Positions 1 through 9,508 of a DNA stretch of 64,000 bases are shown here, piece after piece; within the stretch, counting starts at the first letter, position 1; each line of letters starts with the position of its first letter. Under the pieces are notes generated by a model. The model worked only from the letters and a program-made list of their open reading frames with translations. It searched no databases and was not told the origin of the DNA. Made by a program: the position numbers and the translations under genes. The DNA is taken from the NCBI GenBank assembly GCA_963693365.1, contig CAVNZM010000006.1:1302001-1366000 (forward strand), given 5' to 3'. Source of the stretch: Amoebidium appalachense (Eukaryota; Protista; Ichthyosporea).

Positions 1-212
1 AACCGGGAATATTAATTAATGAGCACAATTAGCACGTTGCTAGTGAAGCTCGTCATTGGTACAGTTTTGGCTCAAACATATAACTACCATATATGAATAT
101 GACCGTAAACAAAAGCTCTATGCACTCGAGTGAGTGTTGAAACAGTTATTCAATTGCTCAGAAACTTTCTCTAACAGACATTGCTAGCCGGGAGTACCAG
201 TGTACTCCAACA
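1..212 (-). repeat. Putative 3' LTR of the Ty1/copia element (continues off the window)
   Basis: On the minus strand a purine tract GAGTAGGGG (221-213) is followed directly by TGTTGGAGTACA (from 212), about 185 nt downstream of the pol stop. The same PPT/terminus motif opens the TRIM LTRs. The far end of the LTR is not visible. Confidence 0.65.
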
Positions 213-398
213 CCCCTACTCAATTGGATAATTGTGGTATGAATTAATGCAACTGAGCTCGAGTGCTTCAGGTGCACAAAATACAGACAATAAAGATTCC
301 CCTACTCAATTTTAGTATGGTACACGTAGTTGCACAGTCGGATGCAACTCTCTCCCCCCCCCTGAAGTATGAGGGCGCAGTTGGTTGATGACGGGTGC

Positions 399-1976
399 TC
401 AGCACATGTTGAGCATCCCCACGGCCTTGGTGAAGAAAGAGGCAGACAGGGCCTTGGTGAACATGTCGGCCTTGTTGTCAGCAGAAGCCACCGGGACCAC
501 AGTGATGTTGCCCAGCAGGTGATGTTCCTTGACGGAGCAGTAGCGGACGTCGATGTGCTTGGTCTTGGGCTTAACCCCCAGGGTGTCCAGCAGGGCCCGG
601 GCAGACTCATTGTCCCCATGGATGGGCACCGGGGTGGGCTCATTGATAGGATTAAGGCCCAGGTCGTCCATCACATAGTTGAGCCATAGGGCCTCGTTCG
701 TAGCAGCAGACATGGCCACAAATTCAGCCTCAGTGGAGCTGTGGGTGGTGATGGACTGGAGCCGAGACACCCAGGACACAGGGGAGGAGTTTATGAAGAA
801 GACATAGCCCGTGGTGGAGCGCCGGGTGTCGCGGTCCTCGGCGTAGTCGGAGTCGGAGTAGCCAACAAGGTTGGGGGGGCCGGGACGGTAGACAATACCC
901 AGGTCGATGGTGGCCAGCAGGTAGCTTACAACTCTGGTAGCCATAGTCCAGTGGGTGACGGTGGGCGCATGAATGTGTCGAGTAAGGACTCCCAGAGCCT
1001 GGGAAATGTCGGGGCGGGTGGTACGCGCAATCCACAGCAGGGCACCGACCAGGCTGGCATAGTCCTCCTTCTTGCTGTAGGCTGGGGTCTTGTTGCTTTC
1101 ACTGGCCTGGCCCGGGACGATGGGGGTCTTGGTGCCGGACATGTGGGTGAGACGAAAACGGGCAGCCAAGTCGATGATGTGTTGACGATGGCCCAGACGC
1201 AGAGACCCGTCCTCCAGCCAGGTAAGAGTGTGCCCGATGAGCAGGGTAGGACGACCCAGGTCCTTGGCAGAGAAACGAGCATCCAGCTTGGTGAAAAAAT
1301 CGTCGATGAGCGCATCAGTGGCGGCCGTCACGGTGAAGTCATCCACGTAGGCAGCAAGGGCAATAAATGTTGGGGTCCCGGCATTCTTGATGAACAGGCA
1401 CGGGTCAGCAGCACTCACAATGAAGCCTTGGTCGAGGAGATGGTCACGGAGGGCCTCATACCACTGGCGCGGTGCCTGTTTTAGGCCGTAGAGCGCCTTG
1501 TGGAGCAAGCCGACAGCATGGGGGGCCGAGGGGTTGACGAAGCCAGGGGGCTGCTCAATGTAGATGGTCTCGTTGACGGTGCCGTTGAGGAATGCTGTGT
1601 TGACGTCGATGTGGCGCAGAGGCAGACCTTGGGCCACGGAGGTAGCCAAAACCAGCCGGATGGTAGCCAGCGCAGCCACAGGTGACTCGGTGACGAAATA
1701 GTCCTGGCCAGGCTGCTGGTAGTTGCCCCGGGCCACAAGCCGGGCCTTGAAAGCAGTGACGTTGCCGACGTTGTCCTGCTTGACCGTAAAGACCCAGCCG
1801 ACCGGAATGACAGTGGAGCCATCCTCTGGACGGGGCACAAGGGTGAAGGTGCCGTTGTCTTCCAGGGCCTTGAGCTCACGGTGTGCAGCCTCCTCCCATT
1901 TCAGACGCTGGGGACTCTTGAGTGCAGCCCGGACAGTCTTGGGGACAACAATGGTGGAAGCCTTGATGGGTGTTGA
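399..1976 (-). mobile_element. Ty1/copia pol, reverse transcriptase + RNase H (5' part missing)
   Basis: Uninterrupted frame from about 1976 (PKTVRAALKSPQRLKWEEAAHRELKALEDNGTFTLVP) through FKARLVARG, HIDVNTAFLNG, KALYGLKQAPRQW and YVDD, then RNase H GYSDSDYA, SSTEAEF, KHIDVRY, NKADMFTKAL. These are copia-type motifs. Gag, protease and integrase are absent. Confidence 0.96.
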
Positions 1977-2056
1977 TGGAAGTAGAGTCCGCTGTGACTA
2001 GGGTCGTCGTGGCGCGCTTGGGCGCTGACCCGTTTCTTTACTGTTTTCAGTGTGTT

Positions 2057-2134
2057 AACTCCATGACTGAACTCCATGGCTGAACTCCATGACTGAACTC
2101 CATGACTGAACTCCATGTCTGAACTCCATGTCTG
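2057..2134. repeat. 13-bp minisatellite (AACTCCATGACTG)n, 6 units, in LTR A
   Basis: ACTCCATG recurs every 13 bp from 2058 to 2123. Confidence 0.95.
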
Positions 2135-2694
2135 CACCTGGCAGAGACGTGGCTTATATACCCGTGGGGCAGCAGTCTGGAATGTAATCCGGATGCCAGG
2201 TGCTAATCGGATTGGTTACTTTCATTTAGAGATCTCTGGGACCAGTGAACCAATCGTTTGCAGTCAAAACACAATTGGCAACATTCCTCAACTATGCAGA
2301 TGTGCATGTGGTGATCGAGTGTCAGCGTGTGTCTGTGTACACGGAACCAATTGTAAAGCTAACATACACATATTGTGGAGTGAGCGTAAGTCTGCACTCC
2401 AACACCCCTACCCAATTGGAGAAGTGTACACACCACTGTAGAGAAGAGAGAGTGAGTGTGGCTGCTTGCAGGGTAGACCGGGGTGTGCATTCCACTGTGG
2501 TGCGTGCCCCGCCAATGAAGTGGAATACTTGACGTTGATGTCGCAGGCTGCTGCGGATGGAGTTTGTGGAAGCGAAAGTCTCTACTTCACGGAAATACGC
2601 TCGCGGGTGTAGGGTACAGCCTAGAAGTCGGTTTCTGGGCTCCTCCGTTCAAGGCGTCGTAGGGGACGTGAAGTTAGAGGCCGCGGTGTCGTGT

Positions 2695-2708
2695 CTGGGC
2701 CCATAACC
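2695..2708 (-). promoter_or_regulatory. Primer binding site, copia-type internal (half) tRNA-iMet
   Basis: GGTTATGGGCCCAG lies 1 nt after the LTR-terminal CA and matches the Drosophila copia-type PBS. A second copy is at about 3480-3493. Confidence 0.85.
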
Positions 2709-2792
2709 CTGTTGGAAGTAGAGTCCGCTGTGACTAGGGTCGTCGTGGCGCGCTTGGGCGCTGACCCGTTTTTTTACTGCTTTCAGTGTGTT

Positions 2793-2922
2793 AACTCCAT
2801 GACTGAACTCCATGACTGAACTCCATGACTGAACTCCATGACTGAACTCCATGACTGAACTCCATGACTGAACTCCATGACTAAACTCCATGACTGAACT
2901 CCATGACTTAACTCCATGTCTG
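2793..2922. repeat. 13-bp minisatellite, 10 units, in LTR B
   Basis: ACTCCATG recurs every 13 bp from 2794 to 2911. Confidence 0.95.
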
Positions 2923-3576
2923 CACCTGGCAGAGCCGTGGCTTATATACCCGTGGGGCAGCAGTCTGGAATGTAATCCGGATGCCAGGCGCTAATCGGAT
3001 TGGTTACTTTCATTTAGAGATCTCTGGGACCAGTGAACCAATCGTTTGCAGTCAAAACACAATTGGCAACATTCCTCAACTATGCAGATGTGCATGTGGT
3101 GATCGAGTGTCAGCGTGTGTCTGTGTACACGGAACCAATTGTAAAGCTAACATACACATATAGTGGAGTGAGCGTAAGTCTGCACTCCAACACCCCTACC
3201 CAATTGGAGAAGTGTACACACCACTAGAGAAGAGAGAGTGAGTGTGGCTACTTGCAGGGTAGACCGGGGTGTGCATTCCACTGTGGTGCTTGCCCCGCCA
3301 ATGAAGTGGAATACTTGACGTTGATGTCGCAGGCTGCTGCGGATGGAGTTTGTGGAAGCGAAAGTCTCTACTTCACGGAAATACGCTCGCGGGTGTAGGG
3401 TACAGCCTAGAAGTCGGGTTCTGGCTCCTCCGTTCAAGGCGTCGTAGGGGACGTGAAGTTAGAGGCCGCGGTGTCGTGTCTGGGCCCATAACCCTGTTGG
3501 AAGTAGAGTCCGCTGTGACTAGGGTCGTCGTGGCGCGCTTGGGCGCTGACCCGTTTTTTACTGCTTTCAGTGTGTT

Positions 3577-3654
3577 AACTCCATGACTGAACTCCATGAC
3601 TGAACTCCATGACTGAACTCCATGTCTGAACTCCATGTCTGAACTCCATGTCTG
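3577..3654. repeat. 13-bp minisatellite, 6 units, in LTR C
   Basis: ACTCCATG recurs every 13 bp from 3578 to 3643. Confidence 0.95.
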
Positions 3655-3671
3655 CACCTGGCAGAGACGTG

Positions 3672-3681
3672 GCTTATATAC
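3672..3681 (-). promoter_or_regulatory. Candidate LTR TATA box (GTATATAAGC)
   Basis: Present in all three LTRs (about 2152, 2940, 3672), roughly 20 nt upstream of the minisatellite in element orientation. Confidence 0.5.
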
Positions 3682-3924
3682 CCGTGGGGCAGCAGTCTGG
3701 AATGTAATCCGGATGCCAGGTGCTAATCGGATTGGTTACTTTCATTTAGAGATCTCTGGGACCAGTGAACCAATCGTTTGCAGTCAAAACACAATTGGCA
3801 ACATTCCTCAACTATGCAGATGTGCATGTGGTGATCGAGTGTCAGCGTGTGTCTGTGTACACGGAACCAATTGTAAAGCTAACATACACATATTGTGGAG
3901 TGAGCGTAAGTCTGCACTCCAACA

Positions 3925-5965
3925 CTGTGATATCTAGTTATAGCTCTAGTAAGTCTTGTGGACCTGATGGACTCCCTGCTGGGTTTCTTAAAATCCTTGT
4001 TCCCTCCTACCCACAAAAGGAAAGTGATCGTGCTATTAAACCTGATCTTACTATCATGTTAAGCTCTCTCTTTTCTTGGTGTGTTAAATGTGGACATGTC
4101 CCGTCATCTTGGTTAGATACCTTAGTGATCCCCATAGTTAAGAAGGACTCTGAGGGCCCCATATCATCCTTTCGCCCCATTACACTAACCCAGGTTGTTC
4201 GTAGATTCTTTGAAGCTTGCTTACTTAGGTTATTTGCACATCACCCTAGGTTTCAATCTATTCTTCACATACACCCATGCCAATCCGCTTTTCGTAAAAA
4301 CAATTCATGTTATGTTCAAATAATGGCACTGCACGATTCTATGCAAGTTGGTGCACAATATGTTGGCTTTATTGATTGGAAAACTGCTTACGATTCTGTC
4401 TCCCCTGGTCTCCTATGGGAAAAGCTTGCTGCACGGGGTGTACCACACTGCATTGGTGTTCTGTTAGAAGCACTCTTTTCTCAAACCTATGGTAGAGCTG
4501 TGGTTAATGGGCATCTTTCACATGGTTTTGCTCGTACTAGAGGTCTCTTGCAGGGTTCATTGCTTAGCCCCTTTTTGTTTAACCTATTTGTAGATGATTT
4601 GGCTGTCAAGATTTACGCCGAAAACGATGACCCTATTAATAACTTTCCGCCTGCACTTCTCTATGCTGATGATCTGTCCCTCCTTGCCCGTACCCCTAGA
4701 CGCCTGCAAAGATTGTTCGATGTAGTGTCAGAGTGGTGCAAGGCAAACCTTATGATCCTTAACATAGACAAATGTGGTGTTCTTGTACCTGATATAGCTA
4801 ACAATTTACACACATTTACATTATCATCTAAACCTGTACCTATAGTTCCAGAATACAAATATCTTGGTGTTCCGGTTGATTCTGTTGGTGTTATGTTTCC
4901 CCATATGGTCGAAAAGAGGGTAGAGTTGGCTCGTAAGCGGTTAGCTTTCTTCTCGGCTAATATTTTTAAAGACACACCCCTCCATCCTTCTATTAGACTT
5001 ACATTTATTCGCACTTTTGTCTTCCCGGCATGTGAATATGGTTTACCCCTTCTCGCCGCTTGGATCAAGAAAGAGAGAACTAGAGCGCTTAAACCCTTGG
5101 CAAATTTCCTTGAAGCAGAAGTTGCCTCCTTTCTATCTAACAACTGTTGTAAACCTGGGCCTGTAACGCTCTCGATATATGGTCTGGTCCCAATAGCTGC
5201 TAGAGTATCCTATCTCGCGCTGAAATTCAATAAGCACATAAGCCGCTTAAAGAAGTATTTGCCCTCCCACCCTCTCTTCTCTATCCGACCTGTCCCCTCC
5301 TCACCTCTCCCCTCTTTCCTCCCCTCTCTCTCCCCTTCTCCCCTGGGCACAAATACAAATAAACCCCGCAATAGTGTGTGTGTGACTTTGGACTGCCACT
5401 TACTTATTAAACATGTACACAATCACAAGATAATCACGCAATATAACAAATGGAAAAAGATACCACACGACACCAGACCCGATGAAAGCATACACCTTGA
5501 AAAACTAAGCCTTATGTCTCGTTTTATATATACTGACCGCCTCAACCATATTGCCAAATATGGCACTCGCAAGTGTATAACACCTAAATACATATTACCT
5601 TCCTGTAGAACTGGTCTTTCTCTAGCTGATGGTATTATTGATCAATTACCACGCTTTTACTGTACACGTGCTATACAGTGGAGATCTAATAAGTATAAGG
5701 TGGCATCATTTGCATGCCCAAACAACACACACACACACCAGTTTAACCGGTCATGTATCGCCAAATGTAGTTTGATAGACCACATAATACCGCAACACAC
5801 ACACGTCACATTCACAACAGACACCCAGAAAGATAGCCTACCTGTAAATTACAACATCCTTGATTTTATACTAAACACGCGTAACTACGACCTGTTTATT
5901 AGATGTATTGATTGGCTTGAGAAACACATCACTACAAAATTATAGCGCACGCGCACACACACACA

Positions 5966-6020
<55 letters not shown>

Positions 6021-6273
6021 CCAGCTGATACCGAGTGTCCCGAGGGGAGCCCCTTAAAAAAAAAAAAAAAAAAAAAACGGGGAACCCCAACTAATTGATT
6101 TCTCCTTGTAGTCTTTATGGTGTCTCGTAGAGAAAGTAAACCCTGATATATAGTCACCACCCGACATCTATGTACGTGATCATGATATACCGCTGAGGGG
6201 ATATTCCGAGCAAACCCCCCCCCCCCATACCTGAGACTGGTTCTCTTTGCCTCGAGTAAACAGCGTAAACCCC
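3925..6273 (+). mobile_element. Non-LTR retrotransposon (LINE) copy 1: RT ORF to 5945 plus 3' region, 5' end interrupted by the TRIM
   Basis: KSCGPDGLP, IPIVKKD, FRPITL, FIDWKTAYDSV, GLLQGSLLSPFLFNLFVDDL, LYADD and YKYLGV are LINE RT motifs. The frame is open from 3925 to 5945, followed by (CA)n, poly-A (6056-6077) and a tail shared with copy 2 up to GTAAACCCC. Confidence 0.93.
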
Positions 6274-7077
6274 AGGCTATATACGCCCCAGCTAATTACA
6301 AAGGCCCCAGCGACACTTACAAAGATATGGAAGTGATTATCAATACTGCATCGCTCATGCCTGAAACGAAAAATCCTGCGAAAATGCACGCGGTTGGTGA
6401 CCACAAGCACGATGTCTGGAAGGTTCGACGCGGCAACTGGAATACACTCGAATCGTTATAAACGAGCACACACTACTACTGAGTCTGTTTAGTTACAGGT
6501 TCTTCGATTGGCTACGAAGAACGATAAGGTTTGGGGCCTGAAGGACGGCCATACAGTAACAGTGTATCTTCTGTCTGTTTAATTGAGGCCAAAGTGGTTA
6601 GAAGTGATGTTTTGAAAGGTATGGGGGAGGTAGGAAGGGTGGGCGGGATTGGAATATGTAGGTGGGGAGGGGGGGGGGAGGGGGGGGGGGGGGGGGGTCC
6701 GTGCGAGTGTTCAACTAATCATATGAGCACCCAAACTGATATACTATGATGAATTAAACGCCTTTGTAGAGACCATTGTAAGTTCCAAGTCTCGCCTGTA
6801 AGATAGATTGTAGCTGTTTATCGTAGGTTGAGTTGCGCTTGTACTTTAAGACAAGTATATATGAGGTGCCTTGCGTTACGCAAGGGTACATTTTGTATAA
6901 TGTGTAATACATAACAGGTACCTAGTTGATGCGTGTGACCACACGAGAAACTGTACTATTTAGTGTGATAAATTGTTCTTGAAATTCAATATGAATGTGA
7001 CTTGATCAATGAGTCCCCATTGCGAAGTTGCGCTATCATATCCCTATCAAACACGTCAGTATGTATAAATCCTCTCC

Positions 7078-7108
<31 letters not shown>

Positions 7109-8233
7109 ACACACACGCACACACACGCACACACACACACACACACATCATCACCACCACCACCACCACCCAAAAAGAAAAACAGCAATTAAATCACCGG
7201 TACACCCCTTGCAGCCCCCTATGGCGCCAAACCATGTATGCAGGAGAGGGTTGTCGGTAGAGGGGGTATGGGGAAGGGAGAAAGGGGAGGGGCCCCGGGG
7301 GAAAGGAGGGAGGGGGGGGGGGAGGGGGGGGGGGGGGGGGGGATGGGGATGGATATTGAGGGGAGAAAACGAAGGAAGTTTCAATTTTGATAAAAGAACA
7401 CGATTCGGGGGAAGAAATTTCGAAGGAAGGAAAGAAAAAAACAATTGCAACCTGAAGAAAAAAGGAGCCTTGAATTCCTGCATGATAAGCACTGAAAAAA
7501 AAAAAGCTTCTGAAGGAAGAAATTTAAAAAGGGAAAAAGCCACCGAGAGAAAGCGGAAAAACAGAAGAACACCCAGAAGGAACTTGCATGCCTATGCCAT
7601 GGAATGTAAAACGTGCGTGTAAGGCGGGCCACGTGCTAGCACAATGTAGTGATTGGATTAGAAACTTTCGAGTTTTCCCTTTTCCCTTCCATGCATGCGG
7701 GACCTCCTGCCAACCTTGCCCAACCGGCGGGCTCATGCAAGTCAAACAAAGTGGGGAAGAATGCAGGTGTTAAGTATTAGGATTCAAGCACTTGCAAGGC
7801 ACATTGTGAGGAATATCTAGAAAGCAGAGAATCCAATGGCGGGGGAGAGTTGGATGTCATTGATGTTGTATAAGTTTTATTTCATGTTGATACTATTTCA
7901 GGTGCCGGCACCCGGGCCACATGTGGGAGCTACATATCTACCAATTTTCAGTCCCATATATCGGTCACAGCCTTGAATCTCGTGGCTGTGTAATATAGTG
8001 GCTGGTACTTGTGGCAACTTGAAACACAAAACGACCTACTATGGAAATACGCGCCCCAGTTTAGCAGTCACATACATAGTACAATCCGGCAATATATTGG
8101 GTTCTGGCATTGTTTGCCAGTGAACCACACACAATAGCTACAGTAACTCCCAGTCTGTAAGTCTATGATACAAGGAAAAAATCGCACGGGGCTGGCTGGT
8201 GGTGCGCTGTTAAAACCACCGTTGAAGTTGGGC

Positions 8234-9045
8234 TCAGGGCAGGGGCACAATGGAGTAGGGGTGCATCATCTGTAAGGAGGTCATGTCAGTTGCAGAAACT
8301 ATGTAAACACTCTGTAAAATGAAAGGGGGATCCCGGGACCGTAACTGTTGATTATGAGGCATGAAGAGGATTGAAGAGTGGAGTGTTAATGTGTATGTGT
8401 GTGTGTGGAAGGGAGGGGGGGAGGGGGGGGGGGAGGTAAAACGGGTGGTGAGAAGGCAGGGGGGAGGGGGGGAGGGGGTGGATAAGGGGGGGGGGGGGGG
8501 GGGGGAGGGGGGGGGAGGGGAGGTAGGTTTATTGGGGGGGGGGGGGGGGGGGGGTGAAGGGGGTGTGAAATAGAAATGAGAAGGCAGAAAGGAGGGGGGG
8601 GGAGGGGGGGCCGGGATAGTTTAAAAGGGAAAGTGGGGAGAGGGGGAGTGGGATAGGTTGAAAGGGAAGGGGGGGGGGGGGGGGGGGGGGAGGTGAAACG
8701 GGAGGTGAGAAGGCAGGAAGGGGGGGGGGGGGGGGGGGGGGGGCGGGGTGGATAAAGGGGGGGCCGGGGGGGGGGGGGGGGGAGGGGGAGGGGGGTGGTT
8801 AGGTAGAAAGGGGGGGGAGGGGGGGGGGGGGGGGGGGGAGCAACCTCGTGGTCCTCATGCTCCAGAATGTGGCAGTGCCACTGGTAGGTGCCCAGTTTGT
8901 CGAAGTATGCAATCAGCTGCACAGTGAACCCCGTAGGCACCTGTGGACAAATCAAAAAAGCCGTTAGGTAAGCAGACCAATCAAACACAGCCGTTAGGTA
9001 AGCAGACCAATCAAACACAGCCGTTAGGTAACTACAACCAATCGC

Positions 9046-9081
<36 letters not shown>

Positions 9082-9477
9082 CTTTCTTTACCAATTAATT
9101 CCAATAACACTCAAATCTTCAATACACCCCCCCCCCCCCCCCCTCCCCCCCCCCCCCCCCGCTCCCTCCCATCTCGGAGTCCCCCACAACCTTCTCCATC
9201 CCCTCGACCTCCGCCTCTATCCCTCCCCCCTCCCTCCCCCTCCGGTCTCCCCTCTCCCTTTTACACCTACCGGCACTGTGTCCTTGAGGCCGCGCAGTTC
9301 ACGGGGGATTTCGATTGGGCCGTCGGGACCAATCATCTGCACGATACGGAACTGCACCAGGTGGAGGTGGATGGGGTGGGTGTCGGGCGTCTGGTTGACA
9401 AGCTCCCATAACTCGACTTGCTGCTTGCCCACAAGTTTTGTAGTGTGTGTGTGTGTGTGTGTGTACATGTGGTGGAG

Positions 9478-9508
<31 letters not shown>

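Larger units (their letters stand above)
1971..3924 (-). mobile_element. Tandem-array TRIM-like non-autonomous LTR element (LTR-int-LTR-int-LTR)
   Basis: Three near-identical LTRs (about 1971/1977-2404, 2710-3192, 3495-3924) bounded on the minus strand by TGTTGGA...TCCAACA; the left end of the first is altered. Two non-coding spacers of about 300 bp (2405-2709, 3193-3494) each start with the PBS GGTTATGGGCCCAG and end with the PPT GGGTAGGGG. Confidence 0.9.

Noticed and set aside
369-1484. Plus-strand ORFs overlapping the copia pol
   Set aside because: They are antisense shadows of a GC3-rich coding frame with no recognisable motifs.
2057-3654. 13-bp repeats and the roughly 780-bp periodicity as a CRISPR-like array
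   Set aside because: Units are head-to-tail with no unique spacers, there are no cas genes, and the LTR/PBS/PPT structure explains the periodicity.
3765-3924. N-terminal 53 aa of the 726-aa ORF as part of the RT protein
   Set aside because: It is antisense LTR sequence starting at GTG, fortuitously in frame. The same peptide appears in the other two LTRs.
1971-3924. Retrozyme or Penelope pseudo-LTRs with hammerhead ribozymes
   Set aside because: No CTGANGA...GAAA core was found by eye on either strand, and the adjacent RT is LINE-type. An Infernal scan would be needed to exclude this fully.
6136-6273. TAAACCC motifs as telomeric repeats
   Set aside because: These are isolated single copies, not a tandem array.
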